54,933 bases of DNA from Chiloscyllium plagiosum (GCF_004010195.1 NC_057749.1:6106637-6161569); one strand, 5' to 3'. Numbered from the stretch's first letter, positions 11,075 through 24,290 are shown. Notes: generated by a model not told the origin, from the letters alone. Made by a program: numbers and translations.

Positions 11075-12505
11075 ATTAGAACAGGAGTCAGCCAGTCAGT
11101 CCCTTGAGCCTATTGCCTCATTCAGTGAGTTCATGGCTGATCTGTGACCACACACGCCCATATTCCTCAAGACCAATGCTTAACAAAAATTTTTCTATCG
11201 CAGATTTAAAATTAACAATTGCTTCTTCATCCATTCATGTTCAAACATCTACCACCGTCTGCATGTAGAAGCCTGAATATCCCCCCTGAATAGTCTGGCC
11301 TTAATTCTCAGACTATGTCCCCTGGTTCTAGAGTTCTCAAGTAATAGAAATAACTTATCTTTTCTATCCTGTCTTTTCCTGTTAATATCTTGAAGACATC
11401 AATCAGATCACCCCTTAACATTCCAAGTTCTGCAGGAAGCAGACCTGATTTATACAATATCTCCTCATAATTTAAGATCAGATATTATTCTTTTAAACAT
11501 ATGCAATACCCCCTTCAAAACCAATCTATCCTTCCTCAGTTGTGGTGCCCACATCTGCTCACAGTACTCCAAGTGGGGTCTAACCAGGGTTTTGTACATC
11601 TGCAGCATAACTTCTTCATCTTTGTACTCTCAATATAAAGTCCAGCATTCCATATGCTTTCTTTATTATTTTCTGCATCTGCTTGTGACATTCTAAAGAT
11701 CTGTACTTCTGCATCTCAGTATGAGTCGATTTGGGTATCCATTGTATTGAATTTGCATGCTATACAGAAAGCACCCTTTGTTGGTCCAAAATGGATAACC
11801 TCACACTTACTTACATTGAACTCCATCTGTCACGGTTTTTCCCATTTTCTTAGTCTATTGATATCCCTTTGTAATTTCATGTTATCATCCATACTGTCGA
11901 CAACAGCAACTAACTTTATGTCATCAAACGATTTGAATATATGACTTTCTATGTCATCATCCAAGTTGTCAATAAATAAGGTGACTATTTGAGGCCTTAA
12001 CCCAGATTCTTTTTGGGCACCACTGGTCACATCCTGCCAATTTGAGGACCTACCCTTCCTGTCACCTACAGGTCAACTAATTTCCCATGCACGTCAGTAA
12101 TTTGCCATCAGTTCTACGGGTTCCCACCTTAGCTAACAATCTGGTACGTAGGACTTTATCAAATGCCTCAGGAAGTCCATATAAACAACACCACAGGCAT
12201 TCCCCAGTTCACTAACTTAGCGACCTCTTCAAAAACTTCAGTGAGGTCAGTCAGGCATGACCAAGCTGTCACGAATCCATGCTGGTTCTCCCTGATTAAG
12301 TGAAAATTTTCAATGTGTACAGTTGTCCTGTCCTTGATTATAGACTCCAACAATATCCCCACCACAGAGGATAGGCTGACTGGTCCATATTGGTTTTCCT
12401 CTTTCAACCTTCTTAAAAAGCAGATGGACATGTGCAGTTTTCCAATCCAGAAGGATGACTCCTGCATCTGGGAATGCTGAAGGATTATAGTCAGACCACC
12501 TACAA
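11075..12505 (-). mobile_element. Old degraded CR1 LINE (RT region to 3' UTR)
   Basis: Minus-strand ORFs give PVSLSSVVGILLESII..NQHGF..SCLTDL and IDNLDDDIESHIFKSFDDIKL..LQRDINRL; CR1 3' UTR near 11075-11150. Confidence 0.82.
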
Positions 12506-12536
12506 TGTGCTCCCCTACTTCCTTTCACACCCTCAG

Positions 12537-12875
12537 ATGGCGTGTTCAGTGGCTAACACTGCTACTTCAAAGTGCCAGGGACCTGGGTTCACTTCCAGCG
12601 TTAGGTGATCGTCTGTGTGGAGTTTGCATGTTCTCCCTGTGTCTGTTTGAATTTCCTCTGGGTGCTCTGGTTTCCTCCCACAGTCCAAAGGTTCGCAGTT
12701 TAGGTGGATTGGCCATGCTAAATCGCCCATAGTGACCAGGAATGTGTAGGCTAGATGGACTAGCCATGGTAAAACGTGGTGATAGGATTGGGGGCTCGTC
12801 TATGTGGGATGGTCTTTGGAGGGTCGGTGTAGACTTCAATGGGCTAATGGCCTCTTTGTGCATTGTAGGAATTCT
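12537..12875 (+). mobile_element. HE1-type SINE
   Basis: CAGTGGCTAACACTGCT..CCAGGGACCTGGGTTC..GTCTGTGTGGAGTTTGCATGTTCTCCC core. Confidence 0.85.
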
Positions 12876-13935
12876 TTGTTCATCCTTGCAACTCGTGTAC
12901 AAAGACTTTAGAGATTTATTAGAGAAGTGCCGAGATCCTTGGAATTCTATGGCCGTGCATAGTCAGAGTCTTTTGGGTAAAAGATGCGATATTTTTAAAA
13001 AGTGAATTACATATTTTACATTACGTTATCTCCAAAAGATCAAAGATGGGGTTGGGTTCTGTGTTGGAGCAGATATTCAATATGTCAACAGCAGTGTTAG
13101 CTAGTAGTCATCATTCTCAAGTTCTGCTGGTTTTCCTTCTGGGAACTCCCTGCTTAACAATGTCAAACCCTCAGCATGTTAATCGCCATCAAATCCAACA
13201 GTCAGACTTTGCCGTATACCTTTGAGAAAGGGACCTATTTAACTTGAAATAATAAGGCACATTTCTCAATCAGGTGGCTCCCCAGCAGAGGATGACACAT
13301 GTAAGCTGTGTCGTGAATGGGCAGTCAAGGTCAACAATCTCTGCACTTATTTTCCTGTGTGGGTTGTCCCCTTCACTCAGATGCAGCAGATGACAGGACC
13401 AGCCCTCATAACTGTTCGAACCACTGTTGGCAAGTCCTCAATCCATTTATAAGATCTTGTCCAGGGGACTCTATAAATTATGAGCCAAATGTCAGGAATT
13501 CTATGAAGGGAGCACCACACCCATAGGATGTGAGGCTTCATAATCCCCCATTCTCTGACCTGCATCCAGGCCTCCTCTGCAATATGGAATTGTCTAGTTG
13601 GAAAGGTCTCCCTGTCCTCTGTTGGAATTGAGTGCCAAAATAGCTCAGTCAACCATTGCAAAATAAATTAGGCCTATTATATTGCCCCCCCTCTGCCAGC
13701 TCAGTTTATTTTAAATGCCAGAATGCTCACTCCCTTAGAATCTCTGCCTGTCCCACTGTCCCCTTGAATGTTGCCTCTCCAACTGTTTCCTCCAGTTTAC
13801 ACTCAGACCTGGATTAGAAAGAAATCTGTTTTTTTTTGGCTAAGTAACAAACAGATAGCAGAACCAAGTGTCAGTAACTTCAGATCTCTGTCACTTAAAT
13901 ATTCATATTTTATTATGGTGCATAATAGGAAGGAA

Positions 13936-14165
13936 GTCGAGAGTGTGGTGCTGGAAAAGCACAGCAGGTCAGGCAGCATCCAAGGAGCAGGAGAATCGAC
14001 GTCTCAGGCAAAAGCCCTTCAGGAATAAGGCCTCATTCCTGATGAAGGGATTGTGTCTGAAACATTGATTTTCCTGCTCCTTGGATGCTGCCTGACATGC
14101 TGTGCTTTTCCAGCACCACACTCTTGAATCTGATCTCCAGCATCCACAGTCCTCACTTTTTCTTC
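13936..14165 (+). mobile_element. Fold-back PLE-derived insertion, family A
   Basis: Inverted arms GAGTGTGGTGCTGGAAAAGCACAGCAGGTCAGGCAGCATC..AAAAGCCCTTC and TTCCTGATGAAGGG..GATGCTGCCTGAC..GCTTTTCCAGCACCACACTC, plus terminus CTCCAGCATCCACAGTCCTCACTTT. Hammerhead cores decayed. Confidence 0.85.
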
Positions 14166-14555
14166 CATAAGAAGAAGAAAACCAGGGCCAAATGAGAGAA
14201 AAAGAAATTATAGCAATTTTTTAAATACAATCCAATAGCTTACTGTTTAAAAAAAACACTTCTTCAATCATTGTCTCTTCCTGAAGTATTGCATCACCAT
14301 AGTCTTACCAGATCATAGGGGCTGCTCTTTCTTAGAGAGAAGCGACTGGTGGTGAATTAACCTGAGGGCCACCAGACCTCAGGTGAGGGAAACGTTTGAG
14401 AAGGAGAGTCCTTCATGGTAACCTCAAACCAGTGATGGGAATTTACAGAGCATCACACTGCTCTGTAAACCACCAACCCAGCCAACTGAACTAAACCAAT
14501 TTCCCTTCCTAAAATGTGATTCCGTTTATCGTTTCTCCCCTTCATTTCTTTTTGA

Positions 14556-14816
<261 letters not shown>

Positions 14817-15084
14817 TGACACAAGAGTTTAAGTAGATTTTGGAAATAGGATAGGCCATGAATCCCTAAACAGATACAGCAGCGTTGTTGAAAAGAGAGA
14901 CCCGTTGCTGACAGGGCAAATGCAAAAATGCCAAATATTCAATAGTCACAGCAAATTCCAGGTACAAAGGAAGAGTTGATGCCTGGGACAGGTCAACCAT
15001 GATCTTATGGAATGGGCTGGATTGAATGGGGCTGAATGGCCTACTCCTCCTGTTTCTTCTGCCCTTACAGGGGTGAAGAGCAGT

Positions 15085-15285
15085 GATTGATTGACAAGTC
15101 AATTTTGGTTTGCCAAAGCATTCCCATGGGGAAAGAAGTAACAACTCAATCAGCACCTTTTTGCTTCTGTAAGTGTAACTTGTGTCGGTCATTTCAAATA
15201 TGGCATTCTTGCATCTGTCCTGATGAGTGGAAAATGAAAACCTTTGGCAATAAATTGCTCTTTTCGGCAAAATTCAATTTCTGCA
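15085..15285 (+). mobile_element. Old hammerhead-bearing repeat, family D (second copy ~28695-29132, split by an HE1 SINE)
   Basis: GGCATTC(T/C)TGCAT(C/T)TGTCCTGAT(G/A)AGT..ATGAAAA..TTTG(G/A)CAA..CTTTTC(G/A)GCAAAA(T/C)TCAATTTCTG is shared between 15202-15284 and 29050-29132. Confidence 0.6.
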
Positions 15286-15660
15286 TGATTGTTGTAATGT
15301 TCTGCACTGTTGTAATACAGCAATCCTGGCTTAAGGAACGGACTGGAGTCAATCTTGACTTTGGGCAACGGCACTGATGAATTTGCAGACAATTTCACAC
15401 TCTGTGATTTTTGCATGCATTGAAGTCAGTTGGGGAGAAATTGAATGCATGTTGCCTCAAATTATTTTGCACTATCACACAAAATCGAGATTGACACCGG
15501 TGTGTTTGCAAAGGTAGACAACGTTGTGGTGGTTTCACTCAGGACATCCAAAGTGTACTTGAGGACTGCAGCTAGGATGGGGTCTCCAACATTCTTTCCA
15601 CCACGTGGCTAACCAGGAATTACTCCCACTCTTATGCCTGCCATTAGTATGTGAGAAAAG

Positions 15661-15993
15661 GGGCGGCATGGTGGCTCAGTGGTTAGCCCTGCCTCACAGT
15701 GCCAGGGACTCAGGTTCAATTCCGGCCTCAGGCGACCATCTGCATGGAGTTTGCACATTCTCCCTGTGTCTGTGTGTGTTTTCTCCGGGTGCTCCGGTTT
15801 CCTCTCACAATCCAAAGATGCGCAGGTCAGGTGAATTGGCCAAGCTAAATTGCCCCATAGGGTTCAGGGATGTGTTAGTTAGGGGTAAATGTAGAGTTAT
15901 AGGGGAGGGGAATGGTTTAGATGGGATACTCTTCGGAGGTTTGGTGTGGACTTGTTGGGCTAAAGGGCCAATTTTCATGCTGTAGGGATTCTA
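15661..15993 (+). mobile_element. HE1-type SINE, near full length
   Basis: GGGCGGCATGGTGGCTCAGTGGTTAGC..GGTTCAATTCC..GCTGTAGGGATTCTA. Confidence 0.9.
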
Positions 15994-16690
15994 TGAAAAG
16001 GATTTACAAGTTGATAACTTTGCCATTGAATCCTGGGGTGACCGCAAACCCAGAGCTACCGCCTCAGAGGTAGGGACATGACTCACTGCATTGAAGACCT
16101 CCAGCACAGTCCTATAACCAAAGGTTGATCTGCATTGACTGACTTCAAATTCTCAAAGGGCGATTTCCATTGAGCAGGAAACTTGAAGGTCCAGAGATGA
16201 TATGATTGACAGTTCCTTCCCAAATCCAGCAGGACCCTGTCACGGACTGGATAATTAAATAGTTCAAACAGCCAAGCTAGAAAATAAAAGGGGAACAGGG
16301 AGAGAAAAAATGTGGGAGAGGAAAAAATATGCTGGTGCCCAGCTCCTGAGAAAGATTCTATCATTGGCACTGGTCCGTGTCCACTTTGTTTGAGATGAGC
16401 AGCATAAGTAATTCCCTGACACAATGATGCTTTGAATTTAAAATTAATTAACATTAAGTCCATCTACTGTTTTGTATTGCTACTCTATTCCATCACAGCC
16501 TAACAGCTCACTGATTGAACTGATGTGTTATCAGCCTCTATTCAATGTGTTGACCTAATTCTTACCCCTCTTCTTAACATTTTAAGTTGCTTTTCCCTTC
16601 CCCAAAACTAACACTGCGATGTCTCCCCCACCTCCCTGCTTTGATCCTCCATTGGTATCCCTTCTTCTCAATGGACTTGAAACAAAATTA

Positions 16691-17029
16691 TACAATCCTT
16701 ACAGAGTGGGAGTAGGCCTATTGGCCCATTGGGTCCACACTGACTCTCTGAAGAACATCCCACTCAGACAATCCCCCCACCCTATCCTTGTCACCCTGAA
16801 TTTCCCATGACTACTCCTGCATGTCTCTGGACACTGTGGGCAATTTAACATGGCTAATCCACCTAACCTGCACATCTTTCAACTATGGGAGGAAACTGGA
16901 GCACCCAGAGGAAACCCACACATACACAATGAAAACGTGCAAACTCCACACAGTCATCTGAGGGTGGAATTGAACCCAAATCCCTCACACTATTAGACAG
17001 CAGTGCTATCCATTGAGTCACCATGCCAC
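16691..17029 (-). mobile_element. HE1-type SINE
   Basis: Reverse complement of HE1 head and core (GCAAACTCCACACAG, CAGCAGTGCTA). Confidence 0.85.
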
Positions 17030-17186
17030 TGAATCATGTTGTGACCATCCCTTTTCTTTGAGGTTTTATTCCTACCTTTCCCTTCTCCATGGTTTAGTTT
17101 CCTTTCTGTGCATCCCTTTGCTACATTTTTTAAAAGAATTCATTCATGGGATGAGGAGGTTGCTGGCTAGATAGGGGATTGTTAAG

Positions 17187-18188
17187 ATCAGAGTGGTGCT
17201 GGAAAAGTCAGGCAGTATCCAAGGAGCAGGAAAATCAATGTTTTGGGCAAAAGCCCTTCATCAGGAATAGAGGCAGGAAGCCAATAAAGATAAATGGGGG
17301 GCGTGGGGCTGGGGGGAAGGTAGCAAAGAGTACAATAGGTGAATGGGGGTGGGGATGGAGGTGATAGGTCAGAGAGGAGGGTGAAGCGGATAGGTGGGAA
17401 GGGAGATTGACAGGCCATGAGGAAAGTGCTGAGTTGGGAGGTTGGTTGAAGATGCCCTCCAACGCATCTCATCCACATCCCGCACCTCCACCCTCAAACC
17501 CTACCCCTCCAACCTTCGCATTAACCACATCATCAGCCGACATTTCTACCTCCTCCAAATGGACCCCACCGCCAGGGATATATTTCCCTCCCCCTCCCCT
17601 TTCCGCTTTCCACAAAGACTGTTCCCCCCGTGACTACCTGGTCAGGTCTATTACCCCCNNNNNNNNNNNNNNNNNNNNNNNNNNNNNNNNNNNNNNNNNN
17701 NNNNNNNNNNNNNNNNNNNNNNNNNNNNNNNNNNNNNNNNNNNNNNNNNNNNNNNNNNNNNNNNNNNNNNNNNNNNNNNNNNNNNNNNNNNNNNNNNNNN
17801 NNNNNNNNNNNNNNNNNNNNNNNNNNNNNNNNNNNNNNNNNNNNNNNNNNNNNNNNNNNNNNNNNNNNNNNNNNNNNNNNNNNNNNNNNNNNNNNNCAGC
17901 ACCATCCTCATGACCTGTCCTACCTGCCAATCTCCCTTCCCACCTATCCGCTCCACCCTCCTCTTTGACCTATCAGCTCCATCACCACCCCCATTCATCT
18001 ATTGTACTCTTTTGTACCTTCCCCCGCCCCCCGCCTCCCCATTTATCTCTCCACCATGGAGACTCCCTACCTCTATTCCTGATGAAGGGCTTTTCCTGCT
18101 CCTCGGATGCTGCCTGATCTGCTGTGTTTTTCCAGCACCACTCTGATCTAAACTCTGGTTTCCAGCATCTGCAGTCCTCTCTTTTGCC
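17187..18188 (+). mobile_element. Penelope-like element 3' fragment with inverted 5' arm, family A (contains assembly gap)
   Basis: 17187-~17440 is the reverse complement of 17897-~18150. The ORF-derived part 17449-17658 begins with sequence matching the PLE at 27420. Perfect 15-bp TSD TAGGGGATTGTTAAG (17172-17186; 18189-18203). Confidence 0.88.
17659..17896. other. Assembly gap (238 N)
   Basis: Run of n characters. Confidence 1.
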
Positions 18189-18203
18189 TAGGGGATTGTT
18201 AAG

Positions 18204-18470
18204 GGCTAACCACATTGCTGTGGGTCTGGAGTCCTAGACCTGATTCGGTAAAGATGGCTGATTTCCTTCCCTAAAGAGCATTAGTGAACAGATGGGTTTT
18301 CCCAACAATTGGCAATGGATTCATGGTCATTGTTAAACTTTTAATTTCATGTTTTCTATTGAATTAAAATTCCACCATCTGCCACAAAGGGATTCAAATC
18401 CAGGTCCCCAGAATATTATCTGGGTCTCTGGATTACTAGTCCAGTGATAATACCACTCAGCCATCGCTTT
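18204..18470 (-). mobile_element. tRNA-derived SINE, third family (host of the PLE insertion; relatives at ~2626-2745 on +, ~22395-22745 and ~44530-44790)
   Basis: rc head GCGATGGCTGAGTGGTATTATCACTGGACTAGTAATCCAGAGACCCAG..GGACCTGGATTTGAATCCC; continues left of the PLE at ~17130-17186. Confidence 0.55.
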
Positions 18471-20051
18471 GCTACATGTTTATGTCCTTCTCCTGAAGTA
18501 CTCAAATAGTCTTCATCCAACTACATTGCTATTCACACCCCACTTGCTTTCCCAGTCCTCCCTGTGTCTGAAGATGGGCTCATTTGTTTCTATAAGCAGT
18601 TTGTGCCAGTCCAATTAACAGACAGTCGCAAAGGAGTCAGCTTTTATTACCATGTGTGAATTGTAATCATTTCTACAGCTGCAGCTTTGTCCGAACATGC
18701 TCTCAGACTGAGTGATATGCTGAGAAAAGGAGTTAAGAGTACAGCAGCAGGGTATTGCATGTTATTAGGTTTACATCTGTCAGCAAAGGGGTTGGAACGA
18801 AACTCTGCCCATTGAAGGACTTCTCCCTGTGCTGTTACAGTGGGGTGCAAGATGCTGGAGAAACAATGGCCTATGAACGTATCCATTTGCTAACGGATAA
18901 TATTATCATGAAGTCCAGCCATTAAATTTGACACAACCACACCAAACCTGTTTTCTATAGCACATTCAATGTCATAAAATATCCTAATGTGTCGCAACAG
19001 TGTTATGGAACAGAATTTGACATTGAACCACATTTTTTTCAATTTATTAAAGGGATGTTGGCAACAGTAACTAGGCCAACATTTATTGCCCATTGTTAAT
19101 GGCCCTGGAGAAGGTGTTGGTGAGCTGCCTTCTTGGGGAGCAGGAACACCCATTGTGCTGTCACCTCCTTGAAAAACTCAGTCAATCCTGTCAAACATAA
19201 TCTCATCCAGTCAAAGCCATGTTGACTATCTTGGATTAGTCCTTGCTTTTCAAGAGGAGGCTAATTCTGTCTTTCAGATTTTATTTCTACCACTGATGTT
19301 CGACACACTGGCCCATAGTTCCCAGATTCATCCTGACTACCCTTTTGAATAAGCTGTTCTTCTCTCTGTTGACCAGAATGTTTGGAAATTAATGTAAGGA
19401 CCAATGCAAGCTTCTCCTTTGCTTCCCACAGCAGCCTGGGACACACCTCATCTAGGCCTGGGATTTGTCCAAACTTAAACCCACTAAAGCCAATAATATT
19501 ACCTCCCTCTCAATTATAATTTGTCCCCCCCTTTCTGATCTCTGTGTCTACACAATCCTTCTCTGTCAGCAAGAAAACTAGGAGTGAGATGAGGAGATAC
19601 TTCTTTGCTCGGGGTGGGGGTGGGGGGGTTGCTAGGAATTGGAATGCAACGCCTGAGACTATGGTGGAGGTGGATTCCACAGGAAGTTTCAAGTGAGAGC
19701 TGGATATATATTTGTAAGTGACGAATTCGAAGGGCTGTGGAGACAGGGCTGGAGAATGGGACGAGCTGGGTAGCTCCTTCAGGGGCTAGTACCGACGCAA
19801 TGGGTCCTCTGTACTCTAAGATTCTATAATTCTATGATTCTTTATAGTAAACACAGATGCGTAGTACTCATTTGAAACTCAGCCTATTTATTCTGACACA
19901 GTTTGCCACTTTGATCCCTAATGAACTCTACTGTTTCCCTGATTCACCTCTTTTCCCAATATACTGAAAAAATGCCTTTAGATTTTCCTTTATTTTACTC
20001 ACCAGTGTCTTTTCGTGTCCCTCTTCAATCTCTTAATTTCTTTTTTTAAGC

Positions 20052-20648
20052 ATAGAATCATAGAGTCATATAGCACAGAAACAGACACTTCAGTCCAACT
20101 TGTCAGTGCTAACCAAATATCCTAAACTGATCTAATCCCATTTGCCAGCAGTTGACCCATTACTTTCTGAAGTCCTCCAGCCACAGCTGGTCTGGTCACC
20201 TCACCACAGGCTGTACATATCTATGACTCTTAGACTCTATGACTTCCTCTAGCAGCTCATTCCAAACATGCACCACCCTCTGTGTGAAAAAGCTGACCCT
20301 TAGGTCCTTTTTAAATCTTTCCCCTCTCACTTTAAACCTATGCCCTATAGCTTTGGTCTCCCCTACCCTCGGGAAAAGACCTTGGCTATTCACCCTCTCC
20401 ATGCCCCTCATGATTTTATAAACCTCTGTAAGGTCACCCCTCAGCTCCAGAGTAAATAGCTCCAGCCTATTCAACCTCTTCCTGGAGTCCAAACCGTCCA
20501 ACCCTAGCAATGTCCTGATACATCTTTTCTGAACCCTTTCAAGTATTGCAACATCTTTCCCATAGTAGGGAGACCAGAATTGAGAGTAATATTCCAGAAG
20601 TGGCCTCATCAATGTCTTTTACAGTCGCAACATGACCTCCCAACTCCT
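20052..20648 (-). mobile_element. 5'-truncated CR1 LINE(s)
   Basis: ORF 20196..20612 RPLLEYYSQFWSPYYGKDVAILERVQKR..FFTQRVVHVWNEL; two 3' tails, at ~20052 (- strand) and ~20210-20243 (+ strand). Confidence 0.87.
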
Positions 20649-20916
20649 TTAGTTAACAGAAGCATGTTCTAGATGCCTCTCAGATTTCTGGTATTTTGAG
20701 CTCTTGATATTTACCGTAACTTTCCCTTTTGTTCTTTATCAAAATTCAAGTTTCCCTGGACTTTTGTTGGTCCTAGCCTTCACCTTTATGGAAACATGTT
20801 GGCCCTGCATTCTCATTATTTCCTGTTTGAAAGACTCTCACTGCTCCAATATAGATTTTCTTGCAACTAACTGCTCCTAGTCCACTTTGGCTAGATCCTA
20901 TCTAATCATATTGAAA

Positions 20917-21417
20917 TCATGGAGTCATGGAGTCACAGAGTCATACAGCATGGAAACAGATCCTTCAGTCCAACTTGTCTACGCCAACCATGTTTCCCAT
21001 TTGCCTATTTGACCCATATCCCTCTAAACCTTTCCTATTTATGCACCTGTCCAAATGTTGGAATTCTACTCACCTCCACCACTTCCTTTGGCAGCTCATT
21101 CCATACATGTACCACACTCTGTGTGAAAAAGTTGGCCCCCAGGTCCCTTTTAGATCTTACCCCTCTCACCTCAATCCCACACCCTCTAGTTTTGAACTCT
21201 CCCTGCACCAAGGAAAAGATCTTCCCTATTTATTTTATCCCTGCCCCTAGTGATTTTACAAACCGCTATAAGATCACCCCTCAACCAAATAGCCCCAACC
21301 TCCCGAAACTGAAACCCTCCATTTCTGGCAACTTCCTGATAAATCCTTTCTGCACTCTCTCCAGTTTAATAATATCGTTCCTATAACAGGGCGACAAGAA
21401 ATGTACACGGTACTCCA
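20917..21417 (-). mobile_element. CR1 3' fragment
   Basis: (CATGGAGT)n-like tail and rc of the CR1 ORF2 end. Confidence 0.82.
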
Positions 21418-21727
21418 TTTGTTTGTTCATTCATTTCAATGTCAGTTGGGCATACTGGAACCTTTTCCCAACTCAAAATACTACTTTACTGACTCTTCTA
21501 TCCCCACACCCGATGTTGTTCTCCAGAATTAGGTCCAACTGTATCCCCTGTCTAGTAGGACTCTCCACACATTCGCTTAATGCTCTCCTGCATACAATTT
21601 AAGAATTCTACCCCCCTAAGCCTTTCACACTTTGGTTATCCCAGTTAATATTGGTGGACAGGCACTGAGGAAAGAGATTAGTTACTTGCCTCAGAATTCC
21701 TAACCCAAACTCTGACCTATTCTTTAG

Positions 21728-22045
21728 GTTAGATTAGATTACTTATAGTGCTGAAACAGGCCCTTCGGCCCAACAAGTCCACACCGACCCTCCGAAGAGC
21801 AACCCACCCAGACCCATTCCCCTAAATTTACTCCTTCACCTAAAACTACAGACAATTTAGCATGGCCAATTCACCTAACCTGCACATCTTTGGATTGTGG
21901 GAGGAAACTGGAGCACCTGGAGGAAACCCACGCAGACACAGGGAGAATGTGCAAACTCCACACAGACAGTTGCCCGAGGCGGGAATTGAACACAGGTCTC
22001 TGGCGCTGTGAGGCAGCAGTGCTGACCACTGAGCCACCGTGCTGC
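21728..22045 (-). mobile_element. HE1-type SINE, well preserved
   Basis: rc reads GCAGCACGGTGGCTCAGTGGTCAGCACTGCTGCCTCACAGCGCCAGAGACCTGTGTTCAATTCC; (TAGAT)n tail. Confidence 0.9.
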
Positions 22046-22375
22046 ATAGTATTTATATAGTTGATCTAGTTCAGTTTCTGGTCAGTGGTAACCCTTGATA
22101 ATGGGTGCTTTGGTGATGGCAATGATCATGAACATCAAGGGCTGATGATTAGATTCTCTCATGTTGGAGACTGCCATTGCCGGCAGTGTGTGGTGTGAAT
22201 GTTACTTGCCACTTATCAGCCCAAGACTGGCTGTTGTCCAAGTTATTGTTGAATATTGACACGACTGCTTCAGTATCTGAGGAAGCGAGAATGGTGCTGA
22301 ATATTATATCATCATCAACAAATATCCCCATTTTTGATCTTATGTTGGAGGGAATGTGATTGACGAAGCACATGA
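22046..22375 (-). mobile_element. Old CR1-clade RT fragment, distinct subfamily
   Basis: IRSKMGIFVDDDIIFSTI..NNLDNSQSWADKWQVTF resembles the FADD / LQxDL / WADKWQ motifs. Confidence 0.7.
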
Positions 22376-23588
22376 GGAGATCGAAAGGCAAATGACTGAA
22401 ACATTTTCTTTCATGGGATGTGGCTATTGCTTGAAATGCCAATATTTGTGGCCATTCTATAATTGCTCTTAAAGAGAAAGGCTTAACAGGGCATTGCAGG
22501 TGCCAGTTAAGAGTGAATCACATTATGACCAGTCTGGAGACACACGTAGGCTAGAACTGTGGAAGATTTCCTTCCTGAAAGGACATTCATAAACCAGATA
22601 TGACTTTAGCTGATCCCATTGTGGTCCCTGCTGTGACAAGCTTTATAGTCCAGATATACCAGTGGCTGTGATGGGTTTTGAACCCATTTCACCAGAGCAT
22701 TAGCCTGGGCCTTCAGATTGCTAGTCAAGTGACATTACCAAAATGCCAGCTTGACCAAGAAGGTAAGCTTTAAGGCACATCTTAAATGAGGGGAGGGACA
22801 GAGGGAGGCAGAGAGGTTTCAAGATCCTAAGGACCAGGCAGCTGGAGACACAGACACGAAGAGTGGAACAATTAAAATGAGGATGGACAAATTGGAGAAC
22901 TTGAGGTATACTGGATCAATGTAGGGCTCATGGAGGTTAAGAGATGGGGGCAAGGGCAAGTGATTGAGGGATTTGAAAATAAGGATAAACATTTTACAAT
23001 TGTGAAACTCCATATCCCTGGTTTTGCCAAATGCCTATTCTCTCACCTTCCCCTTGCACACCCTTAAATATTGAAGCCATTCGCGGTGAAGTGTCTTGAG
23101 ACATCTTAAAGACACAAAACAGACTTAAATAAATACAAGGACCTTCTTCCTAAATCACTGGGATACCAAGACTGAATCACAAATGTGTTCATTACCAGTA
23201 AATAGCCATCAATAGTTCGATAAATCCCAGTTTCTCTCTGTCTGGCTGGTGCGGTACACAAGAATGGTTTTATTTTGGCTAGTGAAATGTCAAAGATTTA
23301 TTTCAGCCTTTTGCTACTTTTGTCATGAGATAATCAATTTGTCCCGTCTTTCACTTTTATGGTTCCTACCTCTTAATACTAACATGTGGGGGAAGAGCCA
23401 TGTAGAGCATGTAATGAGCTCAGCATTAAGAAATGATTCACTGCATTTAAATTGATTAGAACTGTCCAACCCAGTTATAGTACTCATCTGTAAAGCAATG
23501 TCTTCTAAATGTATCTTGGGTTCCATTTGTTATCTGCACTAACTTTACAGTTTTTGCGCGGGGTGCTGTTTGGAATGACTAGACAGAG

Positions 23589-24075
23589 AGGAGAAAGTGA
23601 GAACTGCAGATGCTGGAGACCAGAGTTGAAAAATGTGGTGCTGGAAAAGCGCAGCAGGCCAGGCAGCATCTGAGGAGCAGGAGAATCGACATTTCGGGCA
23701 TAAGCCCTTCTTCAGGAATGACAGGTCTGGGAGAGTGTTGACCTGAGCTGGGGCAGAGCTGACTGCAGGGAGTGTAGGTAGCGGCGCATGGCCGCGAGCG
23801 TGGAGTGGAGAATCCGGAGGGAGGTCTGTTGTTGGAGGCTTCGGATTTGTTGCAGATACTGGTTGTCCTGGTTGGGTCCAAATTGTGTTGGTCTGAATGT
23901 AGTCTGGAGTCCATGCGGGGTCAGTCGGTTCCATAGGCAGGTGCTGAGGAAGGAGATGTGGCTGTGGTAGCGAGTCTGTTTCAGGACGTGGCTGAAGAGC
24001 TTCAGGGCAGAGGAGATGACTTGGGGGAAGGGCTTATGCCTGAAACGTCGATTCTCCTGCTCCGCGGATGCCACC
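23589..24075 (-). mobile_element. Fold-back PLE insertion, family A, enclosing a ~300-bp open ORF fragment
   Basis: Full terminus arm 23589-23720, short inverted arm ~24027-24072, and stop-free minus-strand frame VISSALKLFSHVLKQTRYHSHISFLSTCL..TLAAMRRYLHSL between them. Perfect 14-bp TSD ATGACTAGACAGAG (23575-23588; 24076-24089). Confidence 0.85.
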
Positions 24076-24093
24076 ATGACTAGACAGAGCTAA

Positions 24094-24290
24094 GTTAAAA
24101 ATCACACAACACCGGGTTATAATCCACCAGATTTATTTGGAAGCACCAGTACTAGCCAAGTCATGTAGACAGAGCTAAATATGTTAAGTATATAAGGTTA
24201 AAAATCACACAACCTCAGGTTATAGTCCAACAGGTTTATTTGGAAGCGCTAGCTTTTAGAACGCTGCTCCTTCATCAGGTGGTTGTCCAT
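24094..24290 (-). mobile_element. Two family B PLE terminal fragments (24094-24165 and ~24197-24290)
   Basis: GTTAAAAATCACACAAC..GGTTATA..TTGGAAGC motif twice. The first is flanked by TAGACAGAGCTAA (24081-24093; 24166-24178); the second carries a decayed antisense hammerhead. Confidence 0.78.

Noticed and set aside
15661..15725. tRNA gene-like A/B boxes
   Set aside because: They are SINE heads continuing into HE1 body sequence; no complete cloverleaf.
17407..17998. ORFs spanning the N run
   Set aside because: Artefacts of translating through the assembly gap.
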